Part shown: positions 26,221 through 41,712 of the stretch, in pieces
Layout: the number at the start of each line of letters is the position of its first letter
How positions within the stretch are numbered: the stretch's first letter is position 1
From: the human T2T-CHM13v2.0 reference genome, Homo sapiens
Strand: one strand, 5' to 3'
Length of the DNA stretch: 64,000 bases
NCBI RefSeq assembly: GCF_009914755.1
Contig: NC_060944.1
Made by a program: the position numbers and the translations under genes
The notes under the pieces: model-generated
What the model saw: the letters and a program-made list of their open reading frames with translations, nothing else
The model's database searches: none
Told to the model about the DNA's origin: nothing

Positions 26221-27499
26221 AATATCGACTTCTTTTTTCCCTCAGAATTTGGGTACAAAAATAAACAAAACAAAACCAGGAAGTGGTTATCTCCCTAGCA
26301 CCTGTTCCCCGATCATACTGCTTCCCCCTTTCTGGCAATAAAAGTACTGAACTATTTCCTCTTATATCTTAGAATTACCTTCATTAGCTACAGTCTGCAC
26401 TGTGCCATCAGTGTTTTGCTCAGGATTTCACAACCAAGACAGCCCAATGCAGGGCACATGTGCGTTTCACCTCCCGCCTTCCTTGCCCACAACAGAAATT
26501 GATAATCAAGTGTAGATCTCACTGCTGTTAGCCTAAGCCCAGATACTGCCTCAGAATCCTTCCTAACAAGTGATCTAAGTAGCCATTTGCTATTGCCAAT
26601 CAGACACAATGAAATTCTGAGATTAAATGTTTTTCTCATTCCTGTTGGAAATTAGTCTAAAATGCAATTACAAGCAGAATTGAGAGTTTAAAAATAAGGG
26701 GACTCTTTGAAATATGAACTTGATAGTAGACATTGGGCTACTGCAGTTCTGTCACAAATTAGCTATTGGGCAGGTGGTTTAGTCTTTTGTTCTAAAGTAG
26801 GAGTTGGCTTCTGATCTCTAACAGAATCTATTATATATTCTGAGCTACAAATTATTTTTCTAACTTTTAACATGTTCCTAATTTATTTTTGCCTTTCCTC
26901 TTTCCCACCTGAAGTGCTACTTCTAATTATTTATCTTCGTCCATTTAAGCCACACTGCCATACTTTCAAATTCTGCATCCTCCACAAAGCAGTTTTTTGG
27001 CTTCTCCAATTGATAGGGACCACGTCTTCCACTGGCCAGCTCTAACTTTCATCACCCATGGATTCAGCTGGCAGGATATGTTCTGGCAAACAAGATTGCA
27101 AGCTCCCCAGAGGGCAGGCCGAGGTATTATGTTTCTTTGAATTGCAGTGCCCTGCAGAGAGTTATAAACATAGTAGATGCTCAATGATAAATACGTAAGT
27201 TTAACAGCTTTATAATTTTCAAAACGTTTTCAAGTTTGTTTGTTTGTTTTCAATTGATACAATGTCCCTAGTAGTTTTAACCCTAGAAATTTTGGTTAAT
27301 ACCAATATCTAGGGAAAAGATTGAAACTTGCTCTTCTAAGTTATACTTTAAATGCATTTTGTTTTTTCATAAAGACTAAATCTAACTCATTATGCCAGGA
27401 GGAAAATAAGTCTCAAATAATAAACTCAAGATATTTTTTAGGTTTTAGCTTTAACATGCATCACTCTGAGGCTGGTTTTAAGTGTTTTTAGTTATTTTC

Positions 27500-27700
27500 T
27501 TTAATATTATTGTACATACTTAAGTATATTTTGCAATTCATATGTAATTCATCCATAATATGATCATATAAAATATAACATATACTATAATTTATAACAT
27601 AAATATTTTATAACTTGAATATAGTTATAATTTATATAGTTGTATGAGTTTTATAATTATATTTAATTTTTGTACTATAATCAATTATTATTTATACTCT
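27500..27700. repeat. AT-rich low-complexity tract
   Basis: Nearly all A/T with TATA/TAAT runs. Confidence 0.7.
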
Positions 27701-29059
27701 CTCTTTTTAAAAAAGTTTAATTGAATTTTCTAGAGTGTAGCTGACGTAATGAGATGTACTATAAAAAACGGCTTTGTGGTTTTTACTTCCCACTTACCTT
27801 TACCCCATGTTTTGTTTTTTGTTTTATTTTGATGTGAAATATTTTGCTTTTTTCTCTTTCCAATGCTGGCTTCCCCATTGTGGGCCCTTCTAGTTAGTTA
27901 GGTCTCTGGGCCACATCAGGGAGTATTAAGAAAGTAGAGAGAATGAAGACACAGTTGGATTATATGATGAAGAATCTAACTGGAAAAAAAATTCCATTAT
28001 CACCACCCTGGAAGCTGAGCTTTTTTCTTCACATCAAAGGAAGGGAGAGAAGGAGGGGAAATAAGTCTTCAAAATGGATTTCCTTTCAATTTCCACTTCA
28101 GTTCACTGTGGTTGGGTGTTTAGTACATTCCATACTCTCAGACCCTGAAAGAACTTGAATCTGACTTTCACACATTGGGAACTTCAACTCAAGCAGATCT
28201 GACAGGAGAAGACAGACGCCTGAACAGATGCAGCTTGTGTAGAGACAGATTATTTTTTTAACCAAAAGTTGCTGATTTTTCTTCTAAAAAATCCTTTTCC
28301 CTGATGAGATAAGTTTTAAAGTGTGAAAATGTTGACATTTTTCTTTGCACATCACAGGTTTACTGTGCTTATTTTTATTTTTTATTTTTTTGTGTCTAAC
28401 GTAATCATCCTATGGAGGCTCAAGAAGGCAATATTTAGATTCTGTCAAAACCCCTGGGCTATTGCCATGTTTTCTGAAACTTCTAGCACTTCACTGAGTG
28501 TACCAGGGGCCTTGTTTCCCCAATGTGTGAATTGCTGCAAATATTAAAATGTGGCCAGTGCTGGAATCTTTGTTGACAAGCTGATGAGGTTCATGTCCCC
28601 AGAGCTCCTTTCAAGTCTCACTACTCTTGTCAGAGAAATCACTACACCTGCTCCAAATTGCTACCTGCTGAGAAAATTAGAACCTTACAGGCACCTGAAA
28701 AGGTTGTGAAAAAGAGGTGAGAATTCTGAACAAAGAAAGGAGATCTTCATATGGACAAGGTAAACTTAGTTGGTGTAAAATACACACATGACCTTTGTTC
28801 TGTATCTAACATGGAGAGAGATCTGAGAACAGAGATAATTACAGAGAAAATGGAGAAAAATGCTTGAAATGAGTATTCTCTCTGTTAGTCCAAGATCTAC
28901 AGTTTCTGTAACCATGCAGCAAAACATACCACGTAAGTTGGTTGGGTGACTTGTCCCTGAATGTAACAATGAGAGAACAAAACCAGGAGAGAAAAACCCA
29001 TATTCTCTGCCTCCATTTTTTTCTTTTTCTCAAAGACTTCATTTCCTTCTTTCTTTAGA

Positions 29060-29248
29060 GCAGGTGCCCTCAGAGTGTGGTCCCTGGACCAGCTGCATCA
29101 GCATCACCTGGGAAGCTGTTAGGCGGACCAGTTCTAGAGCCCTATCCCAGAACCCTAGAATCAGAAACTCTGGGGTGAAGCTCAGCAATCTGTGTGTTCC
29201 CAAGCTTGCCATATGTTCCCAATGCACACAAAAGTTTGAACGTCATTG
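29060..29248 (+). mobile_element. MER5A
   Basis: gtgtggtccctggaccagctgcatcagcatcacctgggaagc...aatcagaaactctggggtg. Confidence 0.85.
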
Positions 29249-30461
29249 CTCTAGTGTAGGGTATCATCTGTCTCTGACTCAATTATTGATTTATTCTCAT
29301 CAGCATGCAATATGTCCTAGTATCTGCTACATTTTAAAACAATTCTCCCTTATCCTTATAACTTCCAGCTATCTTCCATCTCTCTCCTCTCTCACATCAC
29401 TATTTTTTGCTTGTTAAAATGTTGTCTATAGACCAAGATACAGAATGGGAAACCTCAGACTTCATTCCCTCATAGAGACACTGACTTAACAATATACTGC
29501 CCAAAAAGTCGTTAGAAGTATTCCAGAAATCAGATAAAAAGTTGCAGTACCCCAGACATGTTCAAATCTAAGAACAGATGCATTGAAATGGCTGTAAAAA
29601 TAATTTTATTTCACTCATAATAGTTCTCCACCAAACTGGCATGGCATGATGCAATGGGGAGTAAAAGTCAAGCACACAACTTCTTCATCAGGAGTGAAGG
29701 ATAAGAGCTGAACATTTGTCCAACTTTCCAGCTTTTAGAGGGGCTGACGGAGGGACTGGATTCTCTGCCTCACCTGAATCAGGGTGCTGAGTAGGAACTG
29801 GCATACTTTCTGCGCCTGGGGCCACTGAGAACAAAAGACAGTTCAGTGGCTTATTGCAGCACCAGAAAACCTTCAGTATCACAGACAGGCGCCAGTACAG
29901 CTCAGGGAAATTAGGAGAGAATGTTCAATTCATAGCTTTTCCTCCAGGAGCAAGGAGGAGAAGAGTGAAATATGCAGCCAATGTTTTAGCTTTTTGGGGA
30001 GATTTATTGCCTAAGGAATTGCCTTCTATCTCCCCTGACTAGAAGCGATGATGGAGCAGGTATACTTTGGTTACCTAGAAGCTGATGAGCTCAAAAGAGA
30101 GCTCAACAGCTTGCTGCAGAGCCAGAGGGAACAAGAGATTACAAGCTTCTGAAAGAAAATTTTTTTAAAAAAAGCTTGTAACCCTTTCTTGGAAGTTACA
30201 CATATAAATTGTGAGACGATGCATTTCCCAAAATGTTTGAGATTCCCTCCGAATCTCTAGCTGGGAGGAATGGGGAAGGTCTTCTGTACAAAGCCAGTCC
30301 CTAGAGACTGTGAAAGGAAGCAGTGTTTCCAAATGCAAAATTCCCACCAAAAAATAAGGCATATAAACAAACAGGGAGCCATGGCCCAATCAAAGGAACA
30401 AACTGGATATCCAAAAACTGACTATAAAATGAACAGAGATTTATTAATTTGAATTACCTGA

Positions 30462-30774
<313 letters not shown>

Positions 30775-30849
30775 CAATAATTTTCTTTTAAAAGGTCAAT
30801 GCACTACAAAAAGCACAGACAGAAAACTAATGGCAGCAAAAACAAACAA

Positions 30850-30876
30850 AACACACACACACACACACACACACAC
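30850..30876. repeat. (AC)n microsatellite
   Basis: Seen directly. Confidence 0.9.
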
Positions 30877-31834
30877 TTGAACCAAACAAGACTATTAACA
30901 AAGAGAAACTATAAAAAAAGAACCAAACAGTAATTCTGAAATACATTCACTGAATTAAAGAAAAAAATACTAGAGAAATTCAACAGTACAATTGACCAAA
31001 TAGAAGAGTCAGCAAAACCTTATGAGACAGTGACAAGCTGACCAATATACACATTATGAAAATTCCAGAATGAGGAGAGGGAAATGGGTAGAAAGCTTAT
31101 TTTTTAAAATGAGGACCAAAACCATCCTACTGTGAAGGAAAAAAAAATGGAAAACAAGTATGGAAAGTTTGATTAACTTCAAATAGGATAACCCAAAAAG
31201 ACTCACATCAAGATACACAAAACGAAGCACTCAAAAGTCAAAACAAAGAACTCCCACAAGCTTATCAGTGAATTGCTCAGTAGATATGTAAGAGGCCAGA
31301 AAGGAGAAGCATAATGTATGCAAAATACTAACAGGAATACAAATGCCAATAAAAATACTCTAACAGAAAAAACTGCCCTTCAGAAATGAGAGCAAAATAA
31401 AAACCTTCCAAAATAAGCAAAAGCTGAAGATGTTCATCATTTCCAATCTGCCCTGTAAGAAATGCTAGAGGGATTTCTCCAAGTTGAACTGAAAGGATGC
31501 TAGACAGCAACACGAAAGCAAATGAAAATATAAAGCTCTCTCATCATGGTAAATCTATAAACAAACACAAAATCTTATAGTATTGTAATGGTGGTATGTA
31601 AATCACTTTTAATGGTGGTATAGAATTTAAAAGATAAAAGCATAAAATAACTATAAAACTATGTTAATGGATACAAAACATAAAACGATGTAATTTGTGT
31701 CTGCAGTAACATATAGCAGGAGACGGAGACGTAAAGGTGTAGAGTTTTTGTATGTTATGGAAGTTAATTATGAGTTTAAAGTAGACTGTTATAAGAACGT
31801 TTATGTAATTCCCATGGAAATCACAAAGAAAATA

Positions 31835-32350
<516 letters not shown>

Positions 32351-33052
32351 TCAAACTCTATGTTTTTTACAAGAGATTCACTTTAGATATTAGGGCACAC
32401 ATAGCCTGAAAGTGAAAAGTTTAGAAAATATATTTCATGCAAATCGTAACCAAAAGAGACCAGAAGTGGCCATGCTTATATCAAACAAAATAGATTTAAA
32501 GTCAAAAGTTGTCACAGGAAAAATAAAAAGGACATCATATAATGACAAAAGTGTAGATTCACCAGGAAGATGAAACAATTGTAAATATGTCTGCACCTAA
32601 CAACAAAGTATCCAAAGATAAGAAGCAAACATTGACAGAATTGAAAGAAGAAATAGATAATAATACAATAATAGTTGATTTCAATACTCAGTTTTCAATA
32701 ATAAATAAAATAACCAGACAGAAAATTAATAGGAAGTCAGACTTGAACACTATAGACCAATTAGACCTAACATACATATAGGGAAGGTTTCACTCAACGA
32801 GAGCAGAACACATTCCTCTCAAGCATACATGGAACATTCTCCAGGATAGAACACATGTTAAGCCACAAAACAAGTCTTAGCAATTTAAGAAGATAGAAAT
32901 CATACCAAGTTTTTTTTTTTCTGGGCACAATAAAAATAAAACTAGAAATCAATAGCAAAAGGAAAACTGAAAATTTTACAAATATGTGAAAATTAAACAA
33001 CACACTCTTGAACAACAAGCAGGTCAAAGAAGAAATCACAAGGGAAATTAGA

Positions 33053-33297
33053 GATTGGGTGCTGTGGCTCACGCCTGTAATCCCAGCACGTTGGGAGGCC
33101 AAGGCAGGCAGATCATTTGAGGTCAGGAGTTTGAGACCAGCCTGCCCAACATGGTGAAACCCTATCTCTACTAAAAATACAAAAATTAGCCAGGCATGAT
33201 GGCAGGTGCCTGTAATCCCAGCTACATGGGAGGCCGAGGCAGAAGAATCACTTGAACCTGGGTGACAGAGTGAGACTCTATCTGAAAACAAACAAAC

Positions 33298-33329
<32 letters not shown>

Positions 33330-33330
33330 A
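33053..33330 (+). mobile_element. AluSx-like with internal right-arm deletion and (CAAA/CAAAA)n tail
   Basis: cttgaacctgggtgacagag junction; 15-bp TSD acaagggaaattaga. Confidence 0.93.
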
Positions 33331-33373
33331 ACAAGGGAAATTAGAAATGCTTTAAGATAAATGAAAATTATAA

Positions 33374-33850
33374 TGAGGGACGAGAGAGACCCTCTCATAT
33401 TGTTTTATATTGTTTTATACTCAGTACCTGTTTTAAGAAAAAAACAAAGAAGTGAAATCAAAGAGAGGCAGCCCGGCACCAGGCCCAAAACCAGACCTGG
33501 GCTTACCTGGCCTAAACCTAGTAGTTAAAAATCAACTCATGACTTAGAAACAGATGTTATTCATAGATTCCAGACATTGTATAGAAGAACATTGTGAAAC
33601 TCCCTGCCCTGTTCTGTTTCTGTCTGACCAACGGAGCATGCAGCCCGTCACGTACCCTTGCTTGCTCAAATCAATCACGACCCTTTCATGTGTAATCGTT
33701 AGTGTTGTGAGCCCTTAAAAGGGACAGAAATTGTGCACTCGAAGAGCTCGGATTTTAAGGCAGTAGCTTGCCGATGCTCCCAGCTGAATAAAGCCCTTCC
33801 TTCTACAACTCTGTGTCTGAGAGGTTTTGTCTGCGGCTCATCCTGCTACA
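33374..33850 (+). mobile_element. LTR2B solo LTR (HERV-E, ERV1)
   Basis: TG...CA termini (tgagggacgagagagaccctctcatattg ... tcctgctaca), ccttaaaa TATA-like box, AATAAA, 4-bp TSD ATAA (33370-33373 / 33851-33854). Confidence 0.9.
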
Positions 33851-34533
33851 ATAATACAACATATAAAAACATGGTATGCAACAAATGCAGTACTGTGGAA
33901 AGTTTACAGCAGTAGATACCTACATTAATAAGAAAGATTTCAAGTCAACGACTTACCTTTATACTTCAAGTGACTGGAAACAGAAAAAAAAATAAAACAC
34001 AAAGTTATTATAAGGAAGAAAATAATAAAGATTAAAGCAGAAACAAATAAAATGGAGAATAAAAAAGCAATAGAAAAAATCAATAAAACTAATAGTTGCT
34101 TTTAATTAAAGATCAACAAAATTGACAAATTCTCAGTTAGACTAAGAAAAAAGAGAGAAAGATTAAATAACAAAAATCATAAATAAGAAGAGACATAACT
34201 GATGCCACAGAAATAAAAAAGATCATAAGAGACTACTATCAACAATTATATACCAATAAATTGGATGAGCTAGAAGAAATTGATACATGCATAGACATAT
34301 ACAACATACCACAACTAACTCATGATGAATAAAATATCTGAACAGACCTATAGCTTGTAAAGAAATCGAATCACTAACCAAAAATCTCCCAACAAAGAAA
34401 GGCCCAGGACCAGATATTTTCACTGGAGAATTCTGTTAAACATTTAAAGAATTAATGTTAATCCTTCTCAAACTCTTCCAAAATGTCAAAGAGAAGGGAA
34501 CACTTCCAAACTTATAAGAATAGCATAAACTTG

Positions 34534-34927
<394 letters not shown>

Positions 34928-36120
34928 TTAAATAAAATACTAGCAAACCAAACTTGATAACACATTAAAAGGACCAACACCATAATTGTATGGAATTTTT
35001 TAATTCCTGGAATGCAAGGTTGTTCCAACATGTAAAAATTGATCAATGTAATATACTACATTAACAGAACAAAGGTCAAAACTTATGTAATTATCTCAAT
35101 TGATACAAAAAAGTATTTGACAAACTTAATGCCCTTTCATGATAAAAACACTCAAAAAATCAGGAGAAGAAAAAAGTTACTTCAATGTAATAAAGGCCAT
35201 ATATGAAAATCCCACAGCTAACATTATACTCTATGGTGATAAAGTAAAATGTTTCCCTCTAAGATGAATAAAACAAGGATGCCCACTCTCACAACTTTTA
35301 TTCAATATAATACTGAAAGTTCTAGACAGAACAACTAGATAAGAAAAAGAAATGGAAGACAACCAAATTGCAAAGGAAGAAGCAAATTTAACTCTGCTCA
35401 CAGTAGTTAGAAAACTCTAAGGATTATACACACCCACACACAATTAGAACTAACAAATGTAGCAAAATTGCAAGATACAAAGTCAATATACAAAAATAAG
35501 TTGCATTTCTATATACCAACAATGAACAATTCAAAAAGGAAATTAAGATAACAATCTCATTAAAAATAGCAGCAAAAGGAATAAAATACTTAGGACCAAA
35601 ATTAACCAAAAAGGCTAAAGACTTGTACACAGAAAACTACAAAACATTACTAAAAGAAATTAAGGATACAAATAAATGGAAACACATCCCATGTTCATGG
35701 AGTAAAAGACTTAATAGAATTAAAATATGCATACCTCCCAAAGCAACTTAATATGATTAAAAGTTTGTATTATCTACAGATTCAATGCAAATCTTATCTA
35801 AATCTCCATCAAAATTCCATGATTTTTACAGAAATAGGAAAAAAAAATCATCCTGGAATATATATGGGATCTCAAAACTTGCCTTGCATAGCCAAAGCAA
35901 TCTGAGAAAGAAAAACGAAGCTGGAGGCCTTACACTTTCTGACTTCAAAATGTATTACAAAGCTACAGTAATCAAAACATTATAGCACTGGTCTAAATAC
36001 TTAGAGATCAATGAAACAGAATAACAAGCATAGAAATAAACTCTTATGTATATGGTCAAATGAAATTTAAAAAGGGTGCTAAGACTGCATAACAGGGAAA
36101 TGATAGTTTCTTTCACAAAT

Positions 36121-36640
36121 ATGACCAAATTTATTTTCTTTGTGACAACTGTCGCTATGAAACATTATGCTATTTATTTTCTGTTTTACTACCTGTTGAC
36201 CACCTCTACATACACAACGCAGAATATAAGCTCTGTGAGGAAAGGAAACTCATCACTCTGTAATGTTCCCTGATGTACTCCAGCTTCTAGAACATTGATA
36301 TTAATTTTTTAAAATGTAGATGAAATAAATGAAAGAGCACACCTTTCATTCTCTCATGCTCACCCTGCTTCAGACTAAAATGGCCCTTCCTATGCCTTTT
36401 ATCTGGTTAGATCCTTTGGCTCTCAGTAGGGCTCAAGTATTGCTTGCTCTAGGAAGCTTTCTCTAATTTTGTGAAATCTCTCTCTTGAAAACACACATCT
36501 CCTTTGTAGCACTTATCACAGTTGCTGTTTTCCTGTTTATGTGATTGCATTTGACTCGTTATCTGTTTCCCCACTGGCAGAGACTTCATTTTGTGTCACA
36601 TCTTCCACCACCTCAATGTGCACAATAACTTCTCCATAGG
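36121..36640 (+). mobile_element. L2 remnants
   Basis: agaatataagctctgtgaggaaagg; ctttgtagcacttatcacagttg. Confidence 0.55.
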
Positions 36641-36679
36641 GGTTTACCGACAAATCCTCTAGTGGCTTGCTGTCGCATG

Positions 36680-36785
36680 CATCTGCATCCTGGTTTTCCC
36701 AGGACAGCTCTGGTGAATGACTCTTGCCCTGGCATCACTGTAGATAAAAGCATCGCAGTTTGGATGATCAATTATATGGTCCCTC
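36680..36785 (-). mobile_element. MER94 (hAT-Blackjack)
   Basis: tcctggttttcccaggacag...gtttggatgatcaattatatggtccct. Confidence 0.6.
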
Positions 36786-37087
36786 CAGTTATGCAACACT
36801 GGAGGTATTACTGAAAATCCAGCAGGATTAAAAATCTAATTAAATCATTTAAACGTGATTAGCTTTTAAGTAGTATTTACATATAAATCAACATTTTGAA
36901 ACTGCAGGTCACCACCTAATAGTAGACCATGACTACTGTTTTGTATGTGTGAATCTGGATACACTAGAATAGCATATATAGCAAATCATTTGAATTGAAC
37001 CACAAGTGGACAAATAAACATTATTTGGGAATACTTTCTTTAAAATGTAGCTATGGATATGTAGGTAATAATGCAAAGTACTTAGCT

Positions 37088-37530
37088 TTAGGCTGTGGGT
37101 TGAAGTGATGCTGAGGGTCCCTCCCAGATTTCACAGATGAGGCTGGTGCAGCCATCTCCCAGTCGCTTTGAGTGTTGGCTACTAACAGTTTGAAAATACC
37201 CTCTTCTCAGGAGAATTGTTCTCCAAAGAGCCCCGCCCCTGGAAAAACCTTGAAGTTTTCCTCTCTCCAGGGTCCAGTGATGAAAATAAGGGTAGTAAAG
37301 CCCAGGCCCTGACCTCAGGGGGATCAACTATGCAGTACGTTTTATGTTCCAGAACTTTTTAGTGGGATCAGGCTGAAGCCAGATTCCATATGAGCCTATG
37401 TCCTTTCCAGGCTTCCTCCCCTGCCCCATCCTGCTTCCTTCACTCCCATACAGGGTCCTCCCGAAAAGCCTCTCTCAGCACATCTCTACAAAAATCCACA
37501 TTTTGAATTCTAAGAACTTAACCTAAAACA
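37088..37530 (+). mobile_element. ERVL LTR (LTR16-like)
   Basis: gggatcaggctgaagccaga; cctgccccatcctgcttccttcactcc; aacctaaaaca end. Confidence 0.55.
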
Positions 37531-37556
37531 GTTGTCATTTTAAAAATATGAAAAAA

Positions 37557-37692
37557 GGCTGAGCGCAGTGGCTCATGCCTGTAATCCTAACACTTTGGGA
37601 GGCTGAGGTGGGAGGATTGCTTGAACTCGGGAGTTGGAGACCTGCCTCAGCAACGAGAAGCAAAACCCTGTTTCTAAAAAGAAGAAAAAAGA
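37557..37692 (+). mobile_element. FLAM (Alu left monomer)
   Basis: ggctgagcgcagtggctcatgcc...ggaggattgcttgaactcgggag, single monomer with A-rich tail. Confidence 0.85.
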
Positions 37693-39002
37693 AGTATTAA
37701 AGGAAATAACACTCCATAGTCTATATAATTTAATCAATCAATATGAATACATTGTTTTCAAATTATACTAGTTTACATTTACAGTTTTCACTTTCTGCAT
37801 ATTCTCTAGAAAACGTGTAAATTTTTACACAGAAATCTTGAACAAGCAAAATGCTGTATTGTTTTTGGAACCAAGACTCAGGAAGACAGGTGTGCCAGCC
37901 ATCTGTCAGCATGCTGGGGATGCTCTTCCCCAAAATGTGTCAGTCTGGACATCAGTTCAGATAAGACTCAAAAGCTACAACGCATTGAGGAACATAGGAT
38001 CAAAGATGAAGCCTTGTTTCTTTCTGTAAACCAAAGCAGGTAAATGGCAAGGCTGCTTTGGAAAATGTGACTTTGGAGTTAGCTGTGCTTTTTCACTGAA
38101 GAGTCCTCCCACTTCATCCCCAGACAGGAGACAAACAGGCAGTCAGTGCAGATTCCCCAACTCCCAAAGTCATCAGGGCCACCTGCCAGCCAGCCCATGC
38201 AGCATCTACTGGGTCCCTGCTGGGTGCCTGGCTCCATCACCTCACGCTGCTCATCGTTTGACAAATGCCAAGGCTTCTGTGATGATGCCTCTCTCCTGGG
38301 GTTCATGGAACAGTGTCCAGACAAGAGAAAATAAACCACAGGCTCTGAACAAGAAGAACAAATGGGAGATTTTTGTACCAGTCAAAAACAGGCTTTGGAA
38401 AACATAACCAAGGGGAACAAGCACACCTTAGCCACACCATCATGATATTTCCGTTGGAAACTTATTTATTTATGGAGAACTCACCTTTGAAAGGCATTTC
38501 AAACTGTTTTTAGTTTTGGGGGGGGTTGTGTCTGTGTGTGTGTGTGTTTGTTTGTTTGTTTACCAATATCGCTAGGCAGAAATCACCTGGGTTTGCTGAA
38601 GGTTTTGAGAGAAAAGGGAGTGGAAAGAGCAAGGGAAAAGGAAGAGGCTACGGCTGAACCAAGAATAGGATTCTTAGAAACTCACAAAATAGCCACTAAG
38701 TAACCAGAGTAATTAGCCCAATATTCTGTACAGAACAAGAGCTCCTCATTCTCTCTCAGTATCCCTTCCTAATTAGAAACCAATTATCAGGATTTGCTAA
38801 ATAAATTCTCATTCCTCCGAACAATGAAACATGATATTAAAAAAGAGACAGATCTTTATGGTTTGATATGAAATATGCTCCAAGATACAATGTTTAATGA
38901 AAAAATAAAATTAAAAAAAAGGAAGGTGCAAAGTAATGTGCAAAACATTTGTGGCATAGCAACAAGAATCACTTTATATATGTGCACATATAAAGTATAT
39001 GA

Positions 39003-39477
<475 letters not shown>

Positions 39478-41001
39478 TTTTCCCATATACTTCTATAACC
39501 TATTCATAAGCATTTAAAAAGACTGCAACCCCAAATCAAAACCACTAATAACATGCTAAACAATATGAGTTTGGCTGTGAAAAATGGATGATTAAATACT
39601 GCTGATCATATTTGCGAAGCCAAATTCTTACAATCTATATGTTATTTATTGGAATTCCTATAGGTGCTTTGAAAATATTTTGATGATTTTTCCTTCCCAG
39701 GATACCATAATGGGTTCTTAAACTATAACTGCTATGTTTTAGTACAGTGGTCTTAAAGAGACATCTGTATTTCCTGATTCAAAATTGAACCCTTAGGCAA
39801 AATGTATGCAGAGGGAGCACCCAGATTTTCCCATCCCCAAAATAATTCCAAGGCTGCCTTGGAGAGAGATTGTCTGGAACAATGGGTCAAAGTCACACTT
39901 GATCCTTATGAGGAAAAGACTAAGTAACTTTGAATAAATAAGGTATTTATCTCTTTGTAAGAAAGAGTGATTCTGAGATAGATGAAGACTTTGAAGTTCA
40001 GATTGATTATTGATTAATACTGAATTGTATTAAGGAGTGGCATTCTTAATCTTTTCAAAAATATTAGGAATAAGGACTGGAATCTCTAGAATGTTTACTT
40101 GAGCACAAAGTGTAGCACAGGCCTAGAAATTCTCAAGGATGTAGCTGCTAAGAGCTAAAAATATCTTCAGGGGAGGCTGTGCAGAGAGAGAGTAGGGGGA
40201 GGAGGTGGAGAACCCGGAAGAGCAGCCATCTGAGCAGATTTCACACGATTAATAGGGGGTTTGTTGGCTGGTGGACTTTAAAAATAGAACCTAATTTCTG
40301 AGGGGTGGGTGCCCTGCTCCAGAGCCCTAAAAGGAGCCTGCTGAGAGGGATGATTAAAATGAAAGATTGTGCAGCTTTAAGGAAATGTTGGCCTAAAGAA
40401 ATGGCACCAATTACTGATGCTCCAGCCACCTTCTAAAAGGTTTCTGCAAATTGCTTTCCTTGGATGAAATACCAAATATCTGTTCCCAAATGTTATGAAG
40501 CAAAATAAATCACATTCCATTGACACATCTAATATGTCGTATTAGAGACCCTGAATCCAAACAAAGCCAAGCTGCTGTTACCACCGAGCTATTACATTTC
40601 TTTCTCTTGCTTTTGTATTAAGGCTGCAAGATGAAAACTTGTTCCTTGCAAACAAACAACAATTATCTCTGCCTCCTCCCTGCATTAGAGGAGAAATCAA
40701 ATCAGCACCTAACAAGATTTTAGAATTCAAAAGTAACTCAGAAATAATTGACTCTAACCCCCAACTCTTGTAAATAAAGATGGTGAATCCCGGAAATCAT
40801 AAACCACTTATCCAAAGTTGCTTTGCTGAAGAGCAACACAAGCAGAACTAGAATCCAGATCACTCAACTCTCAGCTTATCAATAAATACCCCTTTTGTTA
40901 AATAGGCATACACTAAAGCATTCAAGGTAGTATTCCTTTCCAAGACTTTGCATTTTCTCTAAAATAAAAGTTTCAAGAAAAAGATGATTTTCAAGCAGTA
41001 G

Positions 41002-41289
<288 letters not shown>

Positions 41290-41349
41290 TTCTGTTGCAT
41301 TTTATAGATGAAAATACTGAGGAGCAGTGCAATTGACAGTATTTATCCA

Positions 41350-41712
41350 GGTGTAGAAGTTGCTATTGGATCACCTTCACCAGCACGTATGCCCATCTCT
41401 CAACTACTGCAAGTATTGGCTGCTAAGAACTAATGGCTGCCTCCTTCTCCAGTGAATATGCCTGTTCTAGAAATGCCTGAGAGACTGCCAATGAATAATT
41501 GATATGGGCTACAAAAGGCCAGCCATCTTGCTTCAACTGTGTGGTTTTAGTCACCCTCCAAAGCTCCCCTTGTGGTCAGACTGAAGCTAGACTCCAGCTG
41601 GGACCACTTCCTATTCAACTCCTTCCTCTGCTCTTCTCTGCCCCTGCAGGTTTGTCCTGAGAACTTGCCTTCAATAAATCAAGTGCTTCTAGGAAAGCTG
41701 ACCAGAAACCTC
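41350..41712 (+). mobile_element. ERVL LTR (LTR16-like)
   Basis: tacaaaaggccagcc; ggtcagactgaagctagactcc; caataaatcaag. Confidence 0.5.
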
